Assembly: GCA_963781885.1 (NCBI GenBank)
Contig: CAWAHW010000002.1
Location: forward strand, 1,248,001-1,312,000
Source of the DNA: an uncultured Spirochaetota bacterium
GTDB lineage: Bacteria > Spirochaetota > Spirochaetia > SZUA-6 > Fen-1364
Direction of reading: 5' to 3'
DNA length: 64,000 nucleotides
Shown here: in pieces, positions 1-8,116 of the stretch
Layout: each line of letters begins with the position of its first letter
Position numbering within the stretch: the stretch's first letter is position 1
Made by a program: the position numbers and the translations under genes
Notes under the pieces: generated by a model
The model's input: only the letters and a program-made list of their open reading frames with translations
Told to the model about the DNA's origin: nothing
Databases searched by the model: none

Positions 1-131
1 GTGTGCAAGGTTTGGGGTGTGAGCGGCCTTCTTTTCATGCCGTCCCCGCGGAAGCGAACGTAGAAGCGATGCTGATTCTTTCTTTTTGTCCGTCTGGTGT
101 AGATCGAATAGGGACGCTGAGACCTTTCCAT
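1..131 (-). CDS. Partial ORF running off the window edge; resembles the N-terminal arm of a spirochete tyrosine integrase
   Basis: Translated by hand (not in the ORF track): MERSQRPYSIYTRRTKRKNQHRFYVRFRGDG... Strong RBS AAGGAGGAG (135-143). Lies just downstream of the tRNA-Gly 3' end. Catalytic domain not visible. Confidence 0.45.
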   Translation of the reverse strand, partial: MERSQRPYSIYTRRTKRKNQHRFYVRFRGDGMKRRPLTPQTLH

Positions 132-163
132 AAGCTCCTCCTTGCCCCCGGGGGGTGCCATTT

Positions 164-187
164 CTCAGTGTGACACTCAGGGTGACA
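164..187. repeat. 12-bp tandem direct repeat, possible integrase arm-type site
   Basis: CTCAGTGTGACA (164-175) followed by CTCAGGGTGACA (176-187), between the tRNA 3' end and the integrase-like ORF. Confidence 0.45.
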
Positions 188-223
188 CCTTGATGCTTGA
201 TGGAAAGTCCGTTTTCGGTTTCG

Positions 224-294
224 AGCGCCCGACGAGAGTCGAACTCGTAGCTCCAGCTTGGAAGGCTGGGGTATTACCGTTATACGACGGGCGC
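224..294 (-). tRNA. tRNA-Gly (TCC), CCA not encoded
   Basis: Reverse complement folds into a cloverleaf: acceptor GCGCCCG/CGGGCGC, anticodon arm CCAGC-CTTCCAA-GCTGG, T loop TTCGACT. Confidence 0.95.
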
Positions 295-442
295 GTGACG
301 CAAAATGTATCAGCGGTGTCTGCAATCGTCAAGGCAGTCGGGCTCTTCGGCTCGGCCGGGCGCGCCCTGAGGCTCGCGCGCATTGCACCTTTGGTGGACG
401 CCGGGCTATCATGCAGGGGGTCAGCCAAAGGAAGGACGGCGC

Positions 443-715
443 ATGGCAACACGAGGCGAGGTTTTCTCATCAAAGGCTTCGACGCCGAAAAGGACATATT
501 TTTTCAACGTCAAGGAGACCCGCACGGGCGACGTGTTCCTGAACATCGTTGAGAGCAAGCAGGTGAAGACGCCGCCAGGCACCCAGTCGACGCGCATGGC
601 ATCCACCGCCGGAGACGATCAGTTCGAGCGCCGATCCGTGATCGTGTTCAAGGAGGACCTTTCCGTCTTTCTGGAAGGCTTTGGCGCGGCGGTGAAATTC
701 ATCAAGGGGAAGTGA
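443..715 (+). CDS. PUR-domain (DUF3276-like) single-stranded nucleic acid binding protein
   Basis: MATRGEVFS...KRTYFFNVKETRTGDVFLNIVESK...RRSVIVFKEDL is the bacterial PUR repeat pattern; RBS AAGGAAGGA upstream of ATG 443. Confidence 0.8.
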   Translation: MATRGEVFSSKASTPKRTYFFNVKETRTGDVFLNIVESKQVKTPPGTQSTRMASTAGDDQFERRSVIVFKEDLSVFLEGFGAAVKFIKGK

Positions 716-1256
716 CCTTGAAGGTCCGCCGCTGGATCATGGACGGGCCTCTTTCAATGATGATGCGGCGGTGTTCGGCGGTCGGGTACCCCTTGTGCTT
801 TTCGAACATGTACGCCGGCTCCCGCGGAGCGTAGCTTTCCATCCAGGCATCGCGCGCCGTTTTCGCCAGGATGGAGGCGGCCATGATCGAATGCACGGTC
901 GCGTCGCCCTTGATGATGGCCATGGAAGGGATGCCGCAGCAGGGGCAGTAGATGCCGTCTACGAGGAGACGGTCGGGCCGCACGGGGAGCGCCTCCACCG
1001 CCCGCCGCATGGCCAGGAGCGACGCCTGGAGGATGTTCAGCTCGTCGATTTCTTCGTTCGACGCCCACCCGACGCCCCACGCAACGGCCTGCGCCTTGAT
1101 CACGATTTCGGCTTCCTGCCGGCGGGCGGCCGTGAGGACCTTGGAGTCTGCCAGGATTTCGACGGGGAAATCTGCCGGCAGGATCACCGCCCCGGCTGTC
1201 ACCGGACCGGCCAGCGGACCGCGCCCCGCTTCATCCACGCCGCAGACAAGCTCCAC
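702..1256 (-). CDS. rnhB: Ribonuclease HII
   Basis: GVDEAGRGPLAGPV, DSK, VDG, KGDA, AASILAK and KHKGYPT motifs. Confidence 0.97.
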   Translation of the reverse strand: MELVCGVDEAGRGPLAGPVTAGAVILPADFPVEILADSKVLTAARRQEAEIVIKAQAVAWGVGWASNEEIDELNILQASLLAMRRAVEALPVRPDRLLVDGIYCPCCGIPSMAIIKGDATVHSIMAASILAKTARDAWMESYAPREPAYMFEKHKGYPTAEHRRIIIERGPSMIQRRTFKVTSP

Positions 1257-1301
1257 GATCGCGCCCCCCTCCCCATGCCGGCGTCGCCCGGGCGGTCCGC
1301 C

Positions 1302-1331
1302 TTGACCTCACCCTCTAATGGGTGTTAACTT
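1302..1331 (+). promoter_or_regulatory. Sigma70-type promoter of smc
   Basis: TTGACC-17/18 bp-TTAACT/TAACTT; the spacer holds an inverted repeat CACCC-N6-GGGTG. Confidence 0.45.
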
Positions 1332-1368
1332 CGGTGGCCATAGTAGCGCAGATTAACTGGGAGCGGAA

Positions 1369-4182
1369 GTGTTCTTAAAGACCCTGGAGATCTTCGGATT
1401 CAAATCATTCGCGGACAAGGTTCGTATCGAGTTCACCGACGGCGTGGCGGCTCTGCTCGGGCCGAACGGCTGCGGCAAGAGCAATGTGGTGGACGCCATG
1501 AAGTGGGTGCTCGGCGAGCAGTCCTCGAAGTCGCTGCGCGCGGAGAACATGGTCGACGTCATTTTCGCCGGCTCAGAAACCCGCAAGCCCCTGGGGGTCG
1601 CCGAGGTGACGCTCCTTGTATCGAACCAGGACGAAGTTCTGCCCCTCAACCTCCCCGAGGTTTCCATTCGCCGGCGGCTGTACCGCTCGGGCGAGAGCGA
1701 GTATTTCCTCAACAACAACCCGGTGAAGCTCCGCGACATTCGCGAGCTTTTTTTCGACACCGGCATCGGAAAGTCCGCCTACTCCATCATGGAGCAGGGA
1801 AAGATCGACCAGCTCCTCTCCACGAAGCCGGAGGAGCGGCGGATCGTCTTCGAGGAAGCCGCCGGCATCACGCGCTTTCGGGTGCGCGGCCAGGAGGCGG
1901 AGCGCAAGCTCGAGAAGACCGAAGAGAACATGCGCCACGTCGAGGGCATCCTCGACGAGGTGAAACGCAGCTATACCTCCCTCAAGGCGCAGGCGGAAAA
2001 GGCCGAAGCATACCGCACGTTGAAGGAGCAGATCTTCGAGGTGGAGCTTTCCATCCAGCTCCTCCGTCTGAAGGGGCTCCTCGAGGACAAGAAAAAGAGG
2101 GAAGCACGGCTCTCCGACAAGGAGAAGAATCGCGGCGAGATTGCGCGCGCCATCGCGGGGGTGAATGAAACGATCGCGCGCGAGGCGGACCTCGTGAACG
2201 CGATGGAGTCGCAGCTCGTGGAGTCGCACAAGAAGCTCTACCAGCTCGACATGGAGAAGAGCACCCGCGACAGCCAGATCCACATGTACCGCGAGCGCAT
2301 CACGGAGCTGGAGCGCGGCATCGAAGCGAACACGCTGCGCCAGCAGAACATCCAGCGCAAGATGGAGGAGATGGACGGGGAGGTCGCGCGGAAGAACGAG
2401 GGGCTGGGAGAGCTCACCGCGCGCATTGCCGAGACAGAGAAGAACATCGCCGCTTTTATCGCCGACGTCGAGGGGTTCAGCGAGCGCGTGCGCGCCAACG
2501 ACGCGGAAACACGCGCGAACGGGGAGAAGATACAGGGCAGTGAGGCGGCGATTGAAGACCTGAGGGTCCAGCTCCGCGCCATCACGGAGGACATCGTCAC
2601 GCAGCTGGACGCGCGGCTGAAAGAGATGGGCTATTCGGCAGCGGAACGCCGGTCCGTCGAAGAGTCCATCGCCGAAGCGCTCCAGGGGCTCCGCATCCAG
2701 ATCACGGGCAAGGTGACGATGCTGGAGGACGCATCGCACGTGGACTCCACCGCAAAGCCCCTCCGCGACAAGCTTGTCCAGAGCACCCTCGCGATGCTGA
2801 AGGAATCGCTGGAGAAGCTCACGACGCTGGAAGGCCTCTTCCAGAGGTCCCGCGCTTTCGCGCCATCCTTTCTCGACGAGTTCCTGGCGCCGGAAGGCAT
2901 CATCACCCGCAAGCGGGAGATCGACGAGCGCATCAACGACAGCGCCGCCACGATCGCGCGGCTGCGGCAGCGCAATGAAGAGCTCGCGAAGGAGAATGCG
3001 GGGCTGCGCCAGAAGATCGAAGAGTACCGCAGCACGCTGGAGAATCTCCGCGTCGACCTTGCGCGGCAGCAGACGCAGCGCACCGGCGTGGAGCAGGAGA
3101 TCGCCCGGTTGGGCCGCGAGCGCACCGAGCAGGAAGCGCTCCTCCGCGACGTCGGGGTGGAGATCGCCGACACCCGCACCCGTGTGAAGGAGACGCAGGA
3201 GAAGGCCACCCTCGCGGAAGGCGAACGGCGGCGCATCGAAGAGGACGAAAAGAGCGCCCGCGCCGCTCTGTCGGGGCTGGAAGGGGAGATCGCCAGCCGC
3301 AACAAGGAGCTTTCCACCCGCGAAGAGGAGCTGAAGCAGAAGAACGGTCTCCTGGGAAAGGCGCAGTCGGAGATCGAGAAGATGCAGATCGAGGTGACGG
3401 AGATCCGCACCGAGATCAAGGACCTGCACGCGAACTTCGCCGAGCGCTTCTCCCGCGACCTCTCGGAGTATGAGACGAGGATCCCCGATCTCCAGCCCAA
3501 CCACGATCTTCGGCCGCGCCTCGCGGAGCTGCGGGAGGAGATGCGCAAGCTCGGGCAGATCAACCTCATGGCCCCGGAGGAGTTCGCCGAGGTCAAGGAT
3601 CGCTTCGACTTCCTCACGGGGCAGCTCGGCGACCTCGTGCACGCCCGCGAGGACCTGAAGCGCGTGACGACGGAGATCCGCACGGAGTCCACCGAGCTTT
3701 TCCTCGACACCTACAACAAGATCAAGAAAAACTTTCACACGGTCTTCCGCCGCCTGTTCGGCGGAGGCCGCGCGGAGCTGCGGCTGGAAAACCCCGATGC
3801 GCCGCTCGAATCGGGTATCGAGGTCTTCGCGCAGCCGCCGGGCAAGAAGCTGGAGAACATCAACCTCCTCTCGGGCGGCGAGCGCTCCCTCACGGGCGTC
3901 TCGCTTCTCTTCGCCATTTACATGGTGAAGCCGTCGCCGTTCTGTCTCCTGGACGAGATCGACGCCGCGCTGGATGAGGAGAACGTGGGCCGGCTCGCCA
4001 ACCTGCTGCGGGAGTTTTCCAATCATTCGCAGTTCATCGTCATCACCCATAACAAGCGCACGGTGGCCGGTGCCGATGTGCTGTACGGCGTGACCATGGA
4101 AGAGTCGGGTATCTCGAAGCTCGTCGCGATCCGGCTGGAGAGCAGGGAGAAGAGTGAAGCTGCCCCGGCTGCCGCGCCCTGA
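1369..4182 (+). CDS. smc: Chromosome segregation SMC family ATPase, short form (937 aa)
   Basis: GFKSF, Walker A GPNGCGKSN, signature LSGGE, Walker B LLDEIDAALD, ITH motif, long coiled coils. Confidence 0.95.
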   Translation: MFLKTLEIFGFKSFADKVRIEFTDGVAALLGPNGCGKSNVVDAMKWVLGEQSSKSLRAENMVDVIFAGSETRKPLGVAEVTLLVSNQDEVLPLNLPEVSIRRRLYRSGESEYFLNNNPVKLRDIRELFFDTGIGKSAYSIMEQGKIDQLLSTKPEERRIVFEEAAGITRFRVRGQEAERKLEKTEENMRHVEGILDEVKRSYTSLKAQAEKAEAYRTLKEQIFEVELSIQLLRLKGLLEDKKKREARLSDKEKNRGEIARAIAGVNETIAREADLVNAMESQLVESHKKLYQLDMEKSTRDSQIHMYRERITELERGIEANTLRQQNIQRKMEEMDGEVARKNEGLGELTARIAETEKNIAAFIADVEGFSERVRANDAETRANGEKIQGSEAAIEDLRVQLRAITEDIVTQLDARLKEMGYSAAERRSVEESIAEALQGLRIQITGKVTMLEDASHVDSTAKPLRDKLVQSTLAMLKESLEKLTTLEGLFQRSRAFAPSFLDEFLAPEGIITRKREIDERINDSAATIARLRQRNEELAKENAGLRQKIEEYRSTLENLRVDLARQQTQRTGVEQEIARLGRERTEQEALLRDVGVEIADTRTRVKETQEKATLAEGERRRIEEDEKSARAALSGLEGEIASRNKELSTREEELKQKNGLLGKAQSEIEKMQIEVTEIRTEIKDLHANFAERFSRDLSEYETRIPDLQPNHDLRPRLAELREEMRKLGQINLMAPEEFAEVKDRFDFLTGQLGDLVHAREDLKRVTTEIRTESTELFLDTYNKIKKNFHTVFRRLFGGGRAELRLENPDAPLESGIEVFAQPPGKKLENINLLSGGERSLTGVSLLFAIYMVKPSPFCLLDEIDAALDEENVGRLANLLREFSNHSQFIVITHNKRTVAGADVLYGVTMEESGISKLVAIRLESREKSEAAPAAAP

Positions 4183-4531
4183 GATCCTCATCATCGCGGG
4201 GACGGCGTTCCTGGCATTCGTCATCACCCTCGCGGTTCTCGCGTCGCACGCGCATGCGGTCTCCGTGGCGGCCCTGCAGGAGAGACAGCGAGCCGCCCCG
4301 CGGCCGCTGCTGAGCGCCGACGAGCTGGAGATCACCCCCGAGGACTACATGGTTCCCGACCTCTCGCCGACGGACCCGGGGCCGCAGTACGTGCCCTATC
4401 GGCCCCGGCTTCCGAAGTGGAACCAGGAGCTCGTCCAGAAGTATTGGGTGGACCCGCGCGAGATCGTGAAGGAGGTCGTCGGGTCCATCAACGATCGGAA
4501 CATGGAGCAGCTTTTCCAGAGCGTGCCCTAG
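4154..4531 (+). CDS. Hypothetical single-pass membrane protein
   Basis: N-terminal hydrophobic segment; overlaps the smc 3' end. Confidence 0.7.
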   Translation: MKLPRLPRPEILIIAGTAFLAFVITLAVLASHAHAVSVAALQERQRAAPRPLLSADELEITPEDYMVPDLSPTDPGPQYVPYRPRLPKWNQELVQKYWVDPREIVKEVVGSINDRNMEQLFQSVP

Positions 4532-4617
4532 GTATATACTTGCGTGGCCCGACGGCGTCCGAGGGAACGCGGTCGGCCCACGTGATTGGCGCTTCGGTTT
4601 TTCTGGGAGGGGAACCG

Positions 4618-6291
4618 ATGATGAGGAAGGCCTCTTTCTTTCCTGTCGCGGTCGTCATGTGCTTCCTGCTGGGCTGCGCCACATCGCCGCCGCCCGCGGT
4701 TCTCACCATTGAGATGTACGATTCGAAAGCCGCCGTTGCCCCGGCGGCGCAGAATCCCGTCCTGCCTATCCCTGATCCACCTGCTGCCGATGAGCCTGTC
4801 GCGCCACCAGCACCGGTCGTCGCGTCCACCCCGGCGCCCCCGGTGGACCTTCCCGCCACCGCGGCCGGCCCGGCACCTGTGGCGCAGGCGCCGCTTCCTG
4901 TCCCGGTGGACTTCGGCTTCCTGACGCCGCCGCAGCCTCGTGCACGCGCGGCATTCGCACTCGCCGCGCCCGTTGCGCCGGCCGTGGGGGCTTTGGTGAC
5001 TCCCAGGACCGGCGCGACGAATCCGACCTTGACCGGGGCGCCCGCGGCGGCTGGAGGCACGTCGGCGGCAGCGCAAAAGCCCAAACCGGCGGCGTCGACT
5101 CCCGTATCGGGTGGCCTTTCAGCAGCCGCTTCCGGCGGCACCACTGCTTCCATCCCCTCGCTGCCTGGTACGTCGAACCCGGTGACCACGTCCGGCGGCA
5201 GGAGCTCGGCGGCTGGCTCCGGCAACACGACGGCGGGCGCGGGACAGCAGGGAAGCTCCGGCGCCGCATCAACGGGCAGCGGGGGCGGCGCGCAGGGGTC
5301 GGCGCCGGGAACGGCAACGCCGAGTGCAGCCGCCGCGCCGGGGGCGACAGGCGGCGGGCAGGGAAGCTACGGCCGGCTGCGCGAGATCTATGCCCGGCAA
5401 GGAGACGAGCTGCAGATAGGCCTGGACGGCATCGGATTCCTCTTCCTCGGCTTCCCCGATGCGGTCCAGCAGGGAGACGGCATGTCTTTCAAGGCCAAGG
5501 AAACGCGCAACGACAAGACGTGGTTCACATTCAAGGCCTTGAAGATGGGTACCTACGACCTCGATTTTCTCCAGCAGGACAACACGACCGGGAAATCGGC
5601 AAAGGAAACCGTCAGGGTGCACGTCGTCTCGGACCAGGACTTCAACGCCGCCGTGGGGCAGCAGCAGGGGCTCGATGCCGCGGGCAGCGGGACCGTGGAA
5701 ACGGGAGATCCGGCCTTCGCGGAGCGCCTGACGAGCCTGGGATCCTACGAGGCGGCGATCGCCGAGCTCCTCAAGGGGTACAAGGACGGAAACCCCGCGC
5801 GGAACGATCAGATCGCTTCCCTCTACATGCGCCTGGGCAGCTACGATGCAGCGGCCAAGTACTACGACAAGAATCTTGCGCCGCAGAACGCCTATACGCA
5901 GAGCGCGGTGCTCGGGCTGGTGAAGGTGGCCGTGGCACAGAAGGACCAGCAGGGGCTCATGAGCGTGCTCAAGCAGTTTCTCGCGATCAACGATCCGTCG
6001 ATGGAAGAGCCGCTGATCTCGGCGGCGCGGCTGGAAAAGAGCAATGGGGAGGCAGGCGTCGGACTCGATCTCGCCGCGGAATATGCGCGCCGATTCCCGA
6101 CAGGCACCTGGATCGATGAGGCCGAGTTCCTGATGGCGCAGCTCCTGGAGGCGGACTCGCAGTTCCGCGATCTTGCCCGCGCACGCGCCCTTTACCGCGA
6201 CATTCTCACGACCTATCCAGAGAGTCGTTTTGCAGACGACGCGCGACAGAGGCTGTTGTACATCGAAAGCCATTTTTTCCAGGTCCGGTGA
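4618..6291 (+). CDS. Lipoprotein with Pro/Ala/Gly-rich linker and C-terminal TPR (BamD/CpoB-like) domain
   Basis: GGAGG RBS, lipobox FLLGC, long low-complexity region, TPR-like helices ending ...ILTTYPESRFADDARQRL. Confidence 0.75.
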   Translation: MMRKASFFPVAVVMCFLLGCATSPPPAVLTIEMYDSKAAVAPAAQNPVLPIPDPPAADEPVAPPAPVVASTPAPPVDLPATAAGPAPVAQAPLPVPVDFGFLTPPQPRARAAFALAAPVAPAVGALVTPRTGATNPTLTGAPAAAGGTSAAAQKPKPAASTPVSGGLSAAASGGTTASIPSLPGTSNPVTTSGGRSSAAGSGNTTAGAGQQGSSGAASTGSGGGAQGSAPGTATPSAAAAPGATGGGQGSYGRLREIYARQGDELQIGLDGIGFLFLGFPDAVQQGDGMSFKAKETRNDKTWFTFKALKMGTYDLDFLQQDNTTGKSAKETVRVHVVSDQDFNAAVGQQQGLDAAGSGTVETGDPAFAERLTSLGSYEAAIAELLKGYKDGNPARNDQIASLYMRLGSYDAAAKYYDKNLAPQNAYTQSAVLGLVKVAVAQKDQQGLMSVLKQFLAINDPSMEEPLISAARLEKSNGEAGVGLDLAAEYARRFPTGTWIDEAEFLMAQLLEADSQFRDLARARALYRDILTTYPESRFADDARQRLLYIESHFFQVR

Positions 6292-6364
6292 CGCGGGGAC
6301 CCGTGAGAAGATCGGCGGATTTCTGGTAGTCCCGCGCCGCGCGGCCTGATATACTCCGCTCCTC

Positions 6365-7546
6365 ATGACGCGACCACTTGCGTGCTGCTCGATTTTTCTC
6401 TGCGCGTGCATTCTCTTCTCCTGCACGACGACCACCCGGGTGCGGGAGACGGGGCCCGTGCGCATCGGCATATACGGCGACCTCAGCTCGACCGGCGCGC
6501 GCGACGGCAACGATGCGTTGAAAGGTGCGGAGGTGCGTGTCGAAGACATCAACGACGCGGGCGGTATCGGCGGGAGGCCCATCGAGCTCTATCCGATCGA
6601 CGTCAAGCAGAGCCCCACGGAAGCGGTCAAGGCGTACACGGCGCTCGTGCAGGAAGACGGCGTCTGCGCCGTGATCGGGTCCACCGTCGCGAACGCGGGG
6701 CTCGCGGTCAGCCCCGTCGCCGATCTCTCGAAGGTGCCGCTCGTCTCGCTTTCCATCGACGACCTGGTGACGAGCCCCGACCTCAAGCCCGATCACCCCG
6801 AGCATCCGGGGACCGTGCGGCCGTTTGCCTTCCTCATCCAGCCCAGCGCGGTGCAGCTGGCTTCAGCCCTGGCCTCCTACGCCGCGGGCAATTTCCTGGT
6901 CACGCGCTATGCAACGTTGTCGGATCCGGCGAACAAGGTGTCCGTCATGCAGGCGCGGGCATTCGAAACGGCCATTTCCAAAGCGGGCAAGGTCGTGGCA
7001 GCATCGCTGTCGTTCGAAGGGGATTTTGCGGCTCTCCTTCCCCGGCTTCGGGACGCCGACGTGGAGGCCCTCTTCGTCTGTGGATCGCAGGAGATGGATC
7101 TCGCCGTCGCGCGCGCGGCACAGGCCGTTTCCTATCGCTCGCTCGTCCTCGGCAACCAGGCGTGGGCGGCGCCGTTCCTGGACAAGGCGGGGGCCGGGCT
7201 TACGGATGTGTGGTTTTGCGCAGGCGTTGCCCCTGATGATGCGGGCGTTGTGGACCTGAGGGCGAGATTCAAGGCCCGTTTCGACGATGAGCCGCGGCCT
7301 GCGGCGGTGCCAGGGTGGGACGCAATCGGTCTTATCGCTGCGGCCGTCCGAAAGGCCGGCTCGTCAAACCCGCAGAAGGTGCGGGATGCGCTGGAGCAGA
7401 CGCTGGGATACAAAGGCCTGACGGGGCAGATCGACATGGATAGAAAGACCCACAAGCCGCTGCAGCTTCCCGTGGCGATCATGCGAATCGTGAGCGGGGC
7501 CTATATGAGCGTGCAGACGCGCTACATTCCGGGGCCGACGAAGTAG
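6365..7546 (+). CDS. ABC transporter substrate-binding lipoprotein (LivJ/LivK-like), no cognate permease nearby
   Basis: Lipobox LFSC; VRIGIYGDLS, INDAGGIGGRPIEL and YKGLTGQIDMD patterns of type 1 periplasmic binding proteins. Confidence 0.85.
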   Translation: MTRPLACCSIFLCACILFSCTTTTRVRETGPVRIGIYGDLSSTGARDGNDALKGAEVRVEDINDAGGIGGRPIELYPIDVKQSPTEAVKAYTALVQEDGVCAVIGSTVANAGLAVSPVADLSKVPLVSLSIDDLVTSPDLKPDHPEHPGTVRPFAFLIQPSAVQLASALASYAAGNFLVTRYATLSDPANKVSVMQARAFETAISKAGKVVAASLSFEGDFAALLPRLRDADVEALFVCGSQEMDLAVARAAQAVSYRSLVLGNQAWAAPFLDKAGAGLTDVWFCAGVAPDDAGVVDLRARFKARFDDEPRPAAVPGWDAIGLIAAAVRKAGSSNPQKVRDALEQTLGYKGLTGQIDMDRKTHKPLQLPVAIMRIVSGAYMSVQTRYIPGPTK

Positions 7547-7571
7547 AAGCTCCTGAACGCATGGCTGGGCG

Positions 7572-8041
7572 AATGCCACCGGGCACGGTGGCCGCAAATG
7601 CCACGGCGTACCGTGGCCGCAAATGCCACGGCGTACCGTGGCCGGTGTGGCTGCGCGAATGCCACCGGGTACGGTGGCCGCAAATGCCACCGGGTACGGT
7701 GGCCGCAAATGCCACGGCGTACCGTGGCCGCAAATGCCACGGCGTACCGTGGCCGCAAATGCCACGGCGTACCGTGGCCGCAAATGCCACGGCGTACCGT
7801 GGCCGCAAATGCCACGGCGTACCGTGGCCGCAAATGCCACGGCGTACCGTGGCCGCAAATGCCACGGCGTACCGTGGCCGCAAATGCCACGGCGTACCGT
7901 GGCCGGTGTGGCTGCGCGAATGCCACCGGGTATGGTGGCCGCAAATGCCACGGCGTACCGTGGCCGCAAATGCCACCGGGTACGGTGGCCGCAAATGCCA
8001 CCGGGTACGGTGGCCGCAAATGCCACGGCGTACCGTGGCCG
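7572..8041. repeat. Tandem array of 18 x 25-bp palindromic hairpin units in two alleles
   Basis: Unit A AAT-GCCACGG-CGTA-CCGTGGC-CGCA (12 copies); unit B AAT-GCCACCG-GGTA-CGGTGGC-CGCA (6 copies, two of them variants). A 13-bp linker GTGTGGCTGCGCG occurs at 7645-7657 and 7906-7918. Confidence 0.97.
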
Positions 8042-8052
8042 GTGTGGCCGGC

Positions 8053-8083
8053 TTGACATGTACCCAGGGGATCGGTATATGTT
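8053..8083 (+). promoter_or_regulatory. Sigma70-type promoter of the ffh operon
   Basis: Perfect TTGACA at 8053-8058; TATATG/TATGTT at 8076-8083. Confidence 0.55.
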
Positions 8084-8116
8084 CGTACGTCTTACACTTA
8101 CGAAGAACGGGTACGA

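Noticed and set aside
7572-8041. CRISPR array
   Set aside because: The units are contiguous with an invariant 7-nt spacer; there are no unique spacers, no AT-rich leader and no cas genes in the window.
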